Assembly: GCF_001194135.2 (NCBI RefSeq)
Contig: NC_069006.1
Coordinates: 6,725,688 to 6,789,687 of the forward strand
DNA: 64,000 bases
Direction: 5' to 3'
Source of the DNA: Octopus bimaculoides
Lineage: Eukaryota
Made by a program: the position numbers and the translations under genes
Part shown: positions 12,466-25,080 of the stretch, in pieces
Layout of the letters: each line of letters opens with the position of its first letter
Numbering within the stretch: the stretch's first letter is position 1
The notes under the pieces: model-generated
Seen by the model: the letters and a program-made list of their open reading frames with translations, nothing else
Databases searched by the model: none
Told to the model about the DNA's origin: nothing

Positions 12466-12730
12466 GGTGCTGAAAAACTATGAAAAAGCTATACTCATTG
12501 AAATCTTATTAAAAAATTTAGAAGAAACAGAAGTAAACATTATTCTTGTCAGAAATTTAACTTACAAAAAATCAAATAGAAATGTTACATGTTAATAAAT
12601 TGACTCACTCAAAACACATGCAACCAAGACATTCTTTTAATTGTGGGGTCAAGACAACCATTAAATCTTGTAAAAGATGAGACAAACTTTCTAGTGCTGG
12701 AGCCACAATAAAATATACCAAGTACTCTCT

Positions 12731-12958
12731 TTAACTCTTTAGTATTCAAACCGGCCATATCTGGCCAAAATATTCTGCCTGTTTTATGTCCAAACTGACC
12801 AGATCAGGCTTCTCATACCTACACTACAATGTCATTGTAAAAATAAACAATCATATCATTGAAATCTCAAAGCTATAAGCTAAGTCAAGATGTATTCAAA
12901 GCAATATGAATAAATAAGCAACAAATTTGACAGAGAAAGCTAAATGTTAAATGGTTAA
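12731..12958. mobile_element. Decayed TTAA-flanked MITE (piggyBac/Kolobok-like)
   Basis: TTAACTCTTTAGTATT ... AATGTTAAATGGTTAA imperfect terminal inverted repeats. Confidence 0.55.
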
Positions 12959-13469
12959 ACTGGTTGGTGTTTTGAAGAGCATCCAACTGCAAAAACCAAG
13001 CCCCAAATTTCTTTTTTAAAATTAAACTAATGAACAAGATGTGGTCCTATGATTTGTCTAGGAGAGCAATGACAACTCATCTAACATATGCCAACATACA
13101 AAGTAAGCATAAAACAATGGTGATGTATGTTGATATACATCTTAACATTACATGTCTTTTTATTGTAAGAAACATAGGAGACTGCTTTCCAGAAATCAAG
13201 CCATGTAAACTCCAGAGACTATGGCTCTGATCACAGACATTGCAGTAGAATAACTGGTATACGTTACTTATAGTTGTACCAGGCAGATAGATGACATTGT
13301 CAATAATAGTTTGTTTGCTCATTTTCAGTTCACTTTCATGAACAGTTCATTAAGACAAATAATTAAGATTTATGAGGACTGACTGACAGGTACGTGTTTG
13401 AGCACAGTTACTGTTTTGGGGAAAAAAATTATCATTATATTACAAAGTCAATTATGACTTTTTACATTA

Positions 13470-13750
13470 TATATTCAAAATCTGCCAAGGCTAACTTTAC
13501 TTTGCATCCCTCTAGGATCAATAAAATAAAGTACCAGTCAAACATTGGGATCAATATAACTGACTGTCCCCTCCCCAAACTTTCAGACCTTATGCCTCTG
13601 TAAAACACCAATAAATTACTAAATGGTAATTTGCTACAATGACCCAAAAGAAAGGTAGGCACAGGCATGGCTGTGTGGTTAAGAAGCTTGCTTTACAACC
13701 ACATGATTTCAGGTTCAGTTTCACTACACAACACTTTGAGAAGGGTAACC
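13470..13750. mobile_element. Family M fragment (-) followed by family C head fragment (+)
   Basis: TCTGCCAAGGCTAACTTTACTTTGCATCCCTCTAGGATCAATAAAATAAAGTACCAG-type core; GGCATGGCTGTGTGGTTAAGAAGCTTGC head. Confidence 0.65.
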
Positions 13751-14116
13751 AGTGAATTAAGTGTGTACAGTACTTTTTATATCAGTCTACAGAGTTCTTT
13801 AGAATGGCTAGAATATCAGAGTTTTCTATACAGTTCCACCTTTCACAACAATTTCTATACAAACAAAATAAAATCAATAAGAATCTATTAGATCTAACTC
13901 CATATTTGTTACTGCTGTTTAACCCCATTTCAATCCTCATTGAGCAGAGATAAGATCAAAGGTGTTACAGCTGTAAATATCTTTTAAGGAAGTTGAGTGG
14001 AGCAGGACTGCATCATCTAATGTGTCGTTGTCTTATTTAAAAGAGTACAGTGTGATGTGAGGGAAATCTGGCTACTATTCTCAACAGGTTCAGTACTCAT
14101 GTTGAGGTTGCCTTGC

Positions 14117-14266
14117 CAGTGGCATAGCTAGAGTGTGTGCTGCCTGGAGCAGCCCTTGTATTTGCACTCCCTACACAGGCTTATACAGCAGACTCAAGTA
14201 CTACTCCAATGAAAGTATCACCCAAGGGGACTGCCCCTAAGCCCCTGCTCCCTAGCTATGTTACTG
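14117..14266. mobile_element. 150-bp hAT-like MITE
   Basis: TIRs CAGTGGCATAGCTAG / CTAGCTATGTTACTG (2 mismatches in 15); flanks TGCCTTGC / GGCCTTGA look like a degenerate 8-bp TSD. Confidence 0.7.
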
Positions 14267-14274
14267 GGCCTTGA

Positions 14275-14465
14275 TCATCATCAACATCATGGTTTAACGT
14301 CTGCTTTCCATGCTGGCGTGGGCTGGGTGGTTTGTCTGGGGACTGACAAGCCAAGAGGCTGCACCAGTCTCCAATCTGATCTGGCAAGGTTTCTACAGCT
14401 GGATGCCCTTTCTAATGCCAACCACTCAGAGTGTAGCAGGTGCTTTTTACATGCCACCAGCACAT
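14275..14465 (-). mobile_element. RTE LINE 3' end
   Basis: CATCATGGTTTAACGTCTGCTTTCCATGCTGG...GGATGCCCTTTCTAATGCCAACC. Confidence 0.75.
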
Positions 14466-14489
14466 GTGTATATATATTTATACAGGCAC

Positions 14490-14805
14490 TCAGTTGGTTA
14501 CATTGAGGGTTCCAGCTGATCTGATAAACAGAACAGCCTACTCATGAAATTAACACGCAGGAGGCTAAGCACTCCATAGACACGTGTACCCTTAATGTAG
14601 TTCTTGGGGAGATACAGCATGATACAGAATATGACAAGGCTGACCCTTTAAAATACAGGTACAATCCATTTTTGTCAACTGGACGAACTGGAGCAAGATG
14701 AAACAAAGTGTCTTGCTCAACGACACAATGCACTGCCGAGCATCAAACACACAATTTTATTGATCATGAGCTAAATACCCAAACTACAAAGCCACATGCT
14801 TTCAC
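14490..14805 (-). mobile_element. tRNA-derived SINE family N. Other copies at 46328-46640 (+), about 58480-58755 (+), 58757-59080 (-)
   Basis: Shared blocks GTACCCTTAA..TAGTTCT, GACAAGGCTG.CCCTTT and GGA(C)TGGAGCAA..TGAAA; tRNA-like head at one end. Confidence 0.8.
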
Positions 14806-15636
14806 TGTATATTTATAAGAAGCAAATATATGAATGGTCATTTGAAAGCTGTTGTTTAGTTCAGAAGAAGTATCAGTATCTAGTTTTACTTTAGCCAACT
14901 TTAAAATAATTAAAGCTCTTACTCAAGAACAAATCCATCCAGTAGTCAAACTAATAATTCATACAAATGTCTGAATTTGCAGACCTATCAAACTTAGAGC
15001 AGCATGTAAGAATGAACATAAATAATGAATGAGTAGATAAAAATATGTTTTCTTTAGTTAAAACAAAACTTAACCAGTAACAGAGAAAACAATGAATAAT
15101 TAATGCAATCTTATAAAAGCAGCTTCTGAAGTTAATTGAATATATTTACATCTGTCTTTCGATGTTGGCAAGGGCTCAACTGTATGCTAATTCAAAACAC
15201 TTCTATCAATTTTTAAAATAAGTGATTTTTTTCTTTCAATTTTTTTCATTTCCTCATGCCTATATCGGGGGTTGGTTAGTTTTAAAATGACTAACAAAAA
15301 AAATCAACATCATTTTAACTTTCTCTTTGCCTTGCTACATGAGTCAGACAAAATTTGTCAAAGCAGATTTTGTACAGTCACATGCCCTTCCTGTTGTCAA
15401 GCAAAGTAATATTTACCCTAGTCTCTCTCTCACACACATACATACATACACATGGGCGGACATGGGTGGGTTAGTATTTCCATCAGTGTCAACTGTTTGT
15501 AATCTTCCAAGAAAATATATACATATATAAATATATCATGTCAGACTATTTGTACTGGTAGCATGTAACCCAGTACTATTTGTTGCATGGTTGGGTCATC
15601 AGTGACTAAACTGATAACTATTATCAAGCTTGTTTG

Positions 15637-15692
15637 ATGAGGGTGACTGTGGATACCCAGCAGGATGAAAAACAAGAGAAACGTAAATTCAG
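15637..15692 (+). CDS. Candidate coding exon part (MRVTVDTQQDEKQEKRKF), ends in phase 2
   Basis: Perfect donor CAG|GTAAGT; no convincing acceptor; other frames closed. Confidence 0.2.
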
Positions 15693-17249
15693 GTAAGTCA
15701 ATAGCCATTTAATAATGTGTGCATATACACATTAAATATGTGTGTATACGTACATTTAATGACATGCTTTTATTTATTCAAATGAAACAGCGAAGAAATA
15801 AATAACCTTTAACTCCACAACCTCAAAGTTGGTGACAGGAAACCAATGAGGGCAACTGGCGGAGGTATCAACATTGTGTCATGATGCAGTGCAAGCATCT
15901 GGAATGATGTTTTATGGCCGGCACTGTGAGGCCTGGAGATTCTTCCAGACACTTTGGCAATTTTTGGCATTTTCATACAAGCTCAATAGTTTTGACTGTA
16001 TCTTTCCAGTAGGTATATTGTGTAAGAACAAGAGAAGCAAACTTCTTAATCAGAGTCATGCCTACACCTTGCAAAATAACAAATATCTCAAAGGGTTACC
16101 TTTATCTTAGTGATTCATAATCTAGGGACTGAGAACCCTTGTGGATTAACAAAAGAACTACTGAAGGTTTGTGAGCTGTGTCCAAAATTTTTTAAGATTG
16201 CAGTATAAAATTAAGAGATGAAACTGGGAAAAGAATTTCATAGGTAGTAAGATGAGATTAAGAAATAGGTAAAACTCTCAAAAGCTTGGGGACCATGGAA
16301 AAATTCATTTAGATAAAGGGATCTTTGGAGGGGAAAAGATTGGGACACCCTCTATAAACAGTCACTCAACTTACTAGAAATGACAGCTAAATCTTCAATG
16401 AATCACACCCTGCCACCTTAAAATGGAGAGCACGTTGAAGAATATGGTCCTAGTTGCATTGCTTGGAGTGGTAAGGAATAAGGGCCGATCTGATGCTCAA
16501 GAACTACAACAAAACTTATCCTTTCTGCAATAGTATAGTCCCTATAGACCCCCTTCCCCATGGGGTACTCTGATTTGAACTCATCGGTAACCAAACAAAC
16601 CTTGTACAACTCAACTCTGTTACGTGTTGGAGAGGTTTTCAAGGATGAATTACTTTGTCAGAATAATATGTTTTAACAAAGTATTTGAATTGAAGAATGG
16701 AAAAAAAAATGGTAATCTAAAAAAATGAAGCAACAAATTGCTTCATTTTTCTTTTTAGAGAAAACCTAAAATCAAATGTTTCTATTTTTAAATTTTCAGC
16801 CTACTGAACAAAAATTCAAACTTTTGCAAACATATAACTTGAAAGAATTACTTTATTTATTATTAATTTTTAAAAATTGTAATCTCCATGCTAGAATGAT
16901 AGGGATAGTTCTGCAAATTTTAAAAAAAAATCACAAAGCCTTTGTTGTAACACAATCATTCAACTGCAAAGTAAATTTAAGTTCAAATAAAGTAAAGTTA
17001 TTTTTTTTTCTTCTGCAGCCTTATGAATTTCACTTTTATCGATATTTAAAGAAAAAAAAAATGGTGGGTAAGGAAAAATATTGTAATATGCCAAAAAATT
17101 TGAAATGTCTTAGTAGTGCTTGGCAAAATGTTTAGTGTGAAANNNNNNNNNNTGCAATTGATAAAAAGATAGTTTTAAAAAATCATCAAGGAGAGAGCTG
17201 GTCAATGACTGAGAATAAACAGGTGGACTAAGGCAACATGAGTCAGGCA

Positions 17250-17650
17250 CCTTGACGGTGGCTGTGTGGTAAGAAGCTTACTTCCCAACCACATGACTCT
17301 GGGTTCAGTCCCACTGCATGGCACTTGGGGCATGTGTCTTCTACTATAGCCCTGGATCGAGCAAAACCATGTGAGTGGATCTGTTAGGTAGAAACTGGAA
17401 GAAGCCCATCATGTGTGTGTGTGTGTGTCTTTGTGTCAGTTTCTGTCTCCCACCACTGTTTGACAACCAGTGTTGGTGTGTTTATGTCCCTATAACTTAG
17501 GGGTTTGGCAAAAAAGACCAATAGAATAAGTATCTAGTTTAAAAAAGAAAATAAGTACTGGGATTGATTCGTTTGACTAAAACTTCTTGAAGGCAGTGCC
17601 CCAGCATGGCCACATTCTAATGACTGAAACAAGTCAGAGATAAAAGATAA
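17250..17650 (+). mobile_element. Family C SINE, near full length
   Basis: GGCTGTGTGGTAAGAAGCTTACTTCCCAACCACATG...GGGTTCAGTCCCACTGC...(TG)n...CAGCATGGCCACATTCTAATGACTGAAACAAG. Confidence 0.9.
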
Positions 17651-18076
17651 TCATTTAATCATAATGATATCAAGTAAAGTAAGTGAGGTCAGTGCACATG
17701 TGTGTGATGTACTGTTTCTGAAATATTGCTAATATCTTAACCAAGGGCATATCTGTGTTTTGTAAAAAGGAAAGAAGAAAGTGTTAGCATTTTTTTTACT
17801 CTGAAGAAGAAAAACTTTTGTTAGTATGATTGTGTCAAGAATACTGAATGTTTGTGAGTTGCCATTGCTTGTTGTGACTGTGAGTTGTGTGGCTCACAAG
17901 ACTGGAAGTGATGGAGTGTTGTTTCTTTGCAGCATGTCATGTATGTGCGATCAGGTTATTTTGATTGGCATCATTTAAGGAGAACTTCAAAGTCTTGATA
18001 AAAGATATTGCAGATGCAAGTGGATAAATTAGAGAGAGAGAGAGAGAGAAAGAGAAAGAGAGAGAGAAAGAGAGAA

Positions 18077-18121
<45 letters not shown>

Positions 18122-19649
18122 AAGAGATAGAGAGAGAGAGGAAGAGATAGAGAGAGAGAGAAAGAAATTTATGTAAGGTGCTACTGTCATAGGAACATGA
18201 ATGTGACCAAATATTACAGTGAGCTGACTACCAATGTATAAAAAGAAAAGGAAATATACAGGAAATATAACCGAACCCAGAGGCACTCAAAGTTGATAGA
18301 ATAATGATCATGGAAAGTGAAAGAGCTCTATCAACATGTGTTATATTGAAACATTTTGTCAGAATACATCTAATTCAGTTGTTTAAGTGGTATGTTTGGC
18401 CCACAAGTAGGGATATTAACCTAAACATTTTCTCATTTGTTTTTAGCAAAATGATTTACATTAGTTATTGAAACAATATTTTACTGAGCTACAAATTAAA
18501 AGTAGAACAGGAAATTCTTCCTGGACTCCAGATATCTGTCCAATAACTTAACCAGCTAAAATATATGAACCTCTCTGAGGGGCCACTAACTGTAGTAAAA
18601 TTTATATTAACCATATTACTGTAGAAATCAGATACATCCACTCCAAATTTCATTACACTTAACTGCAGAAAGCAGTTTTCTGTAAACCACTCAATCTTTT
18701 ATTGAGGAATGTCATTTTTGGAACTAGTCTTTGTTAAGATGTGTCGAGTTTATTGAGGCATCATGACTCACAGAAAATGCCAATTCTATTTCTTGGTAGA
18801 TATTTAACATCATCACTGGAATAACCACGAAATTTAATTTTGTAGTTAAAGGGCTAGTAACTAGATTGCCAAGTTACAATCATACTAGCCACCCAAAGAA
18901 CCAGATCACTTAACAAACCGAATAAAACCAATTCCTACTTGGACATCCATATCAATCTACTAAAATTAATAGACAAATCTTCCTCAAATCACACCCTGGC
19001 ATCTTTAAAAAAAATGGAAGACACATTAATTCAGTCTCAAAATACTCTTAAATATAAACCTATGATCGACATAAAAGGCATTCCAGTCATGAACAGGATG
19101 TTCATGGCTGGAATGTTTTTGATCATAGGTCTACTTGATCAGCACTGACTAAGTGTTAACCAACAACAAGACCTTTCCAAGAACTAATTACTGGTATTAG
19201 AATACCTCTATTCTCTATATGTTTACAACAATTGCAAGAAGTGTTTTCTCTGTTTTATGACAGTAAGAAATTAAACATCTACAAAATACATCAAGCTTGT
19301 TCCAGTTAGTGTTGGCTCATTTTCCTTCTAAAGTTCTTCAATAATCTCATTTAGTATTCACAAAAAAAAAAAAAGACCTATAGAATATGAATGATTTATC
19401 AGTAAAGTGTGATACCAGTGGGGGATGGTGTGGGTGGGGTGCAAGTAGCTGTAATGTATGATCTACATTTTACAATTAGCTGTTATAAAAATATCAATAA
19501 CAAATGTGGATAAGATCAAAGCTACAACAGATAAATGATCTGCTCACACGAGAAAATTAGAAAAAAGAAATAAAACTATACACTTTTTAGAAGGAACTGC
19601 AATATATATATATATATATAGGGTAGCGTACATACACACATGTATATGC

Positions 19650-19686
<37 letters not shown>

Positions 19687-19914
19687 GGGGGTGTACATAC
19701 ATACATNNNNNNNNNNNNNNNNNNNNNNNNNNNNNNNNNNNNNNNNNNNNNNNNNNNNNNNNNNNNNNNNNNNNNNNNNNNNNNNNNNNNNNNNNNNNNN
19801 NNNNNNNNNNNNNNNNNNNNNNNNNNNNNNNNNNNNNNNNNNNNNNNNNNNNNNNNNNNNNNNNNNGCATGTATGAATGTGCATACAAATATATACAATG
19901 TATGTGTGTGTGTG

Positions 19915-19957
<43 letters not shown>

Positions 19958-21257
19958 CATTTACATCTATTTTATATATATATCTATACATATAAAGATT
20001 ATATATATAATTTCGATATAATAGAGGTATATATAACATGTAAATACACACACACACAGACACACACACACAGACACACACACTCACGTTCACACATGTA
20101 TGCATATATATGTTACCAAGCCTAAGTTACATATATCTATGTAACCAGGAAATGAACCGGTGGCTAACTCACACTATACTGCCAACCCTTCCTCCCACTA
20201 CCTCTCCTCATACCATCTCTCATTTTTAGCTGTAAATGGTCTTTTCTAAAATTTGAAGGATAATTTTCTTGTATCATGTATTTATTTTTCCCATATTTCT
20301 ACAACATCCTCCTTTTTTTTTCTAATTATGTAAAATTATATAAACATAGATTTAATAATAGCCATTTTGAATTTGAATGATTTTCAAAAGAACCAAATAG
20401 TAATAATAACAATAATGATTTCTTTTATTTGCCAAATGGGCCACAGATGAGGAAATCATCCGGACAGTCAACAATGTGTGTGGTGGGTTCACATAAAAGA
20501 TGAGGGGAAAGGAAAGGAAAAGATAGCGAAATTTGATAAAAGTATGAGAACATTGAATGATCAAGTTCTTCTGATACAGCAAAACATTCAGCTGTGGCCA
20601 ACCAAAGAACCCCACAGATCTAGGATTGCCCTGACCATCAATGGCACAAACCCCTCACCAACTGGTGCTCTCCGATTTACAGTTGCAAGCTTAGGGTAGG
20701 GCCACTCATCCTAACCATATTTGCCACAGTCATCCACCTTTTTATAAATTCCTTAAGCTAAACATGATGGACATTGGAATAGATGTTTCAATTTCTGAGT
20801 GTGTAAACAACTGGAACAATGGTGGTGAAAGTAATCTACTTAAAACATTTTTCTTCTAAAATTTCCAAAAGATACTGGACTCACTCAATCACCCTCATGA
20901 CCCCAAATCCCTTGACTGCTTACTTTGGTTTATTCAAATTCAAGGATTCTGGCTGAATAGAGTGAAAGGGGCATTGTGGGAGCGAGGAATAAAGTTATTC
21001 TGGCAGAGTTTCTTTTAGTGGTAGTATCTTACTGCCAACAACAACAATAATATGATATTTAATAATAATTGTTTCTAATTTAGGCACAAGGCCAGAAATC
21101 TTGAGTGGTCAGCTAAATGGATCAAATCCTCCAGTATTAGAATGGTATTTTATTTTATCAACCCTGGAGGGATGAATGGTAAAGCTTAAAGAGACAGGAC
21201 AAATACTGCAAGGCATTTTTTGTTTCAACTCTATCAATTCTGTTACTCCACCACCAT

Positions 21258-21258
21258 A

Positions 21259-21301
<43 letters not shown>

Positions 21302-21531
21302 AATGATAATAATAATAATCCTTTCCACTGGAGGCACAAGGCCTCAGATTTGTTGGGAGGAGACTAGTTGATTACATTGACTCCTGTGTTTCACTGGTAC
21401 TTAATTTATCAACTCTGAAAGGATGAAAGGCAAAGTCGACCTTGGCAGAATTTGAAATCAGAGCGTAAGGACAGAGAAAATGCCACAAAGTATTTCGCCT
21501 GGCATGCTAATGATTCTGCTAGCTCACCACC

Positions 21532-21595
<64 letters not shown>

Positions 21596-21604
21596 TAATA
21601 ATAA
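21258..21604 (-). mobile_element. Family M SINE (about 21320-21533) embedded between two (AAT)n arrays
   Basis: GGATGAAAGGCAAAGTCGACCTTGGCAGAATTTG core; (AAT)n on both sides. Confidence 0.85.
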
Positions 21605-21955
21605 TAGACAACGTTTCTCAAAAAGAAATGGAAAAACTTTCAAAATACAAAGACCTGGAAATAGAGATAACTCGAATGTGGAGTCTAAAAACAGAAACAA
21701 TTCCTATCATAGTAGGTGCCTTAGCTATAATAAAAAAATATTCAGACAAATACATAACAAAAACACCAGGACTTACAAATATATATAACATACAGAAAAT
21801 TGCACTACTGGGTACTGCACACATTCTATGCAAAACACTTTCAATACAGTAAACATAAGAGCACCACAGCAAACCACAGCACATACCCAAGGTGCACAGA
21901 GCTGCGCTCGGTAGTGAAGTGAAAGCACGTTATAAAAATAAAACTACTGAACAAT
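21605..21955 (+). mobile_element. 5'-truncated Dong/R4-like (restriction-like endonuclease) LINE 3' end
   Basis: ORF 21592-21852: EKLSKYKDLEIEITRMW...IPIIVGAL...KIALLGTAHIL resembles the RLE C-terminus; 3' UTR ends in AATAATAAT; flanked by (AAT)n. Confidence 0.8.
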
Positions 21956-22982
21956 AATAATAATAATTTTGTCCATTTATTTTTAATAATAATATTGGTT
22001 GGCAATAGCAAAGAACAGAAAGTAGTTCACTCTAGATCAACAGACAGTAACTAAATGTATGTAATTTTAAATAACTGTCATTTAAGAATAGCATTTCTTA
22101 TCAATTTTCTTTTTGATGCTAATTATAAAATTGATTAAAAATGAAAGAAAAAATAAACCAAATTCTCTCTCTCTCAGAAAATTTATTTTTGTTTTCCAAT
22201 ATTTTCTTTGACTTGAATAATTCTAGATTATATTTTAGAGTTGCTTTCACTTTTATTTTCGAGTTTCTTTAAATAGGTCAAATTAATATCGTACTAAAGG
22301 CATTTAAGAAACGGAAAAGAAACAAGGAAAGGCAGGTACTATTAAAGGAGAAATTAAGTATTCTTTTAAGCTCAAGAGATTCTTTCAGCAAGCAAATTTT
22401 TAATAACTATTAATCTATTATAATTTCCTCTCAACATTTCAATAATAATAATAATGCCTACATCTATAAAACAATACTAAAACTATAAATTTTTTTGCCA
22501 AGCTTCTCAATAATACTGTAATATTTGAAAATGGAATAATAAAATTTATTACAAAATTACTTGTAGCATTTAGTGCAAATTGATTTATCTGTCTAAGCAA
22601 TGTATAAATTTATTTCTACAAGACACAAACGAATATAATTAAATAAATGATCAATGAAGAATAGTAATGCAATTTTTAGAAATATGACTAGCAGTGGAAA
22701 AGTCATCAAGTTAAATTAACCTGAGATTAAATGATTGATTATAATACAATGGGACGAGAGAGAGGAAGAAAGTTGTTTCCAGTTTAAAATAAGAAAAATT
22801 GGAAGAATGCATTAAAATATTAAATCTGAAAAAAGAAAACATTCGGTGGAGCATATAGTGGATGCTCTTCTGATTTTACTCACTCAACTGCAGCTTGGAA
22901 GTATGTTCTAATTTTAGACAAGTCATAACAAATAATGTGGCCTTGTCTTGAGATATAATTCAAAGTCAGTATCAAGGGATTT

Positions 22983-23402
22983 TCCACCACAAGGTCCAGT
23001 CCTTGCAGTACCATGGTGGCTAGTGTGCTTGAATGATCCTGAGAGCTATGTCGGCATAGTGCAAGCTCTTGGCAGGGCTTCCTATTTTGGATAAGTCAAA
23101 GGATAAAGGCCAGACTAATATGGACCACCTTTTCCAAGGAGTAAGGACGGGTTTGCATAGGGGTCAACAACCCTAACTAGCAAAAAGCAAAGTTACAAAA
23201 GCATTGATGACAATTCAAAACCAACAAGAACTGGAAGAGGAAAGCCTTCCCCTCAGGGAAACATATGTTGTGGTGTAACAAAATCTGAAAGGGAGATGCA
23301 AGGAGCCAACTGGGAAGAAACAGAAAAGAAAGATCACAGTTGAGAACAGTGGAGAAAAGTTGCCAATGGCCTCTGCTCCACGGGGAGTGAAGGGCTTAAG
23401 AA
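22983..23402 (+). mobile_element. Internally deleted RTE element (5' region joined to 3' end)
   Basis: RTE-like 5' motifs (GAATGATCCTGAGAGCTATG, GGTCAACAACCCTAACT). The 3' part translates to NWEETEKKDHS*EQWRKVANGLCSTGSEGL. Possible TSD TATCAAGGGATTT / TATCAAGAGAGTT. Confidence 0.65.
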
Positions 23403-23544
23403 TATCAAGAGAGTTTGGAATTTGCAATATTTTGCAATATTTTTCACTGCTTCTCCTCTTTTATCAAAATGTCTTTCACATAAGGATAAAACAAACATAC
23501 AAAAAAACTAGAGAAAGTTAAGAGAAATTTGGTTTTAGTATGTC

Positions 23545-23945
23545 TACAGGCACAGGTACTGCTGTGTTGATAAGAAGTTCACTTTGTAATCATGTGGTTT
23601 TGGGTTCAGTCCCACTACACAACATTTTAGCCCCAGGTTGGCCAATGTTTGTGAATTTGGTGGACAGGAACTGCATGAAAGCCCATGTGTATGAGAGAGA
23701 GAGAGAGAATAAGTGTGTGTGAGAGAGAAAAAAGTGACAGAGAGAGTGTGTGAATGGACATCTTTGTGTTGTGCTGTTTCACTACTTGACAATTGGTGTT
23801 GTTTTGTATAAGTTCCTGCAACCTAGTGGTTTGGCAAAAGGACACCAACAGAATAAGTACCACACTAAACACTAAACTATTGGAGTTTATCTCATTGACT
23901 GAACCCTCCAAGGTCCAGTGATTGAAACAAGCGAAAGAATAAATG
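23545..23945 (+). mobile_element. Family C SINE
   Basis: Head GGGTTCAGTCCCACT, (GA)/(GT) middle, tail GTGATTGAAACAAG. Confidence 0.8.
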
Positions 23946-24287
23946 AATAAGGTTAGTGTAGTTCATTTACTGGTATGTCAGTAACATTCAAACAAGTTTT
24001 TATCAATTAAATGTATAATTATTCACAGTTAACCAAAGATTTTCACTGTCTTATATTACCATTATGAAAACCTACTGTAAACTAGATATATCAGTTTTAC
24101 TTCTAAACATTTATGCTAGTCTTTAGAACTCAAAGGAATATTTTCTTTCCAAATGAATTAATTGGTTAGCAAATAGAAAATATATTTTCAACTTAATACA
24201 TTTTGTTTCAATTCATTTGATACCAAACTGCATGTGACCTGCCTCTTGTTACTATGATAGAAATTTTCAGTTTTAAAGTGAAGTAAA

Positions 24288-24437
24288 TTAAACCCTTCCC
24301 TCAAAATTGCTAATTTATGTTCCAAACACCAACTGAATAATGACAAAATTATTTCACTAAATTCTTTATTAATTTAAGAACTAATTGAAGCAAAGGCAAT
24401 GTATTTCAACAAAAATATGGTAACAAAAAGGGGTTAA
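24288..24437. mobile_element. TTAA-ended MITE family. Related copies at about 41171-41400, 50770-50960, 57580-57768
   Basis: Shared TTTCAATTAATTTTGAAAAT..., TTGTTACCATATTT and AAAGGGTTAA segments in either orientation. Confidence 0.6.
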
Positions 24438-24989
24438 AATCATTCTGATTTTGCTCAAAATCTAATTTCCCTTTTGGAGGGATTTGTGAACACATAAATT
24501 TTATATTTCACTGTCTTTCAACAATCAAAAAAACATTAATTTAATGAAAGAGTTAGCTTACATGGTGACTTCTGATTGTCTTTTAATGAAATACAAGTCA
24601 AATATACATTCCTGCATCTCTCACTTTTCTATTTTATCAAAGATAAATTGTACACCTTGTTGTTACTTCACCCTAGTCTGGCCAAAATTGAGCAGCCATT
24701 CCACCTGGAGACGACCCATCTCTAAGGGTATATATAAGATTATATTATCTAGTATGTCCTTTTGCTTAAGATACCACATCCTTTGAGTAAGATTTGGCTG
24801 CTATTTCTAACAGATTGACTTATTTCTCCCACTGCCACCCACCAAAAGGCTTCTTCATTGACTTGTCAAAGTATCATTCACAGGTATGATTTGAACTTAG
24901 TCTTTCATTATCAGAGAGGAACTTTAACTATTCAGCAATGTTTTCTGTTTTATATCTAAAACACTATCTTTATTTCCTTTTTTATGTAG

Positions 24990-25080
24990 AGCTACAAATG
25001 CAGCTCATAAAATAAGGCACCACATATTATTGGGTGAAAGCGTAAAAAATACAGATGGCATGTTTATTGATGTCACTTGA
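24990..25080 (+). CDS. Candidate terminal coding exon (ATNAAHKIRHHILLGESVKNTDGMFIDVT*), phase 2
   Basis: Strong acceptor TTATTTCCTTTTTTATGTAG; only one frame open; followed by about 2 kb of SINE-free AT-rich sequence with AATAAA motifs. Confidence 0.3.

Noticed and set aside
13329-13389. 61-nt segment with strong acceptor and CAG|GTACGT donor
   Set aside because: Stops in all frames; at most a UTR or lncRNA exon.
16418-16642. Minus-strand ORF
   Set aside because: Only a vague RT-like trace; probably an old LINE remnant, too decayed to classify.
20478-20760. 73-aa + ORF in a GC-richer patch
   Set aside because: No splice support or domain; likely a decayed LINE.
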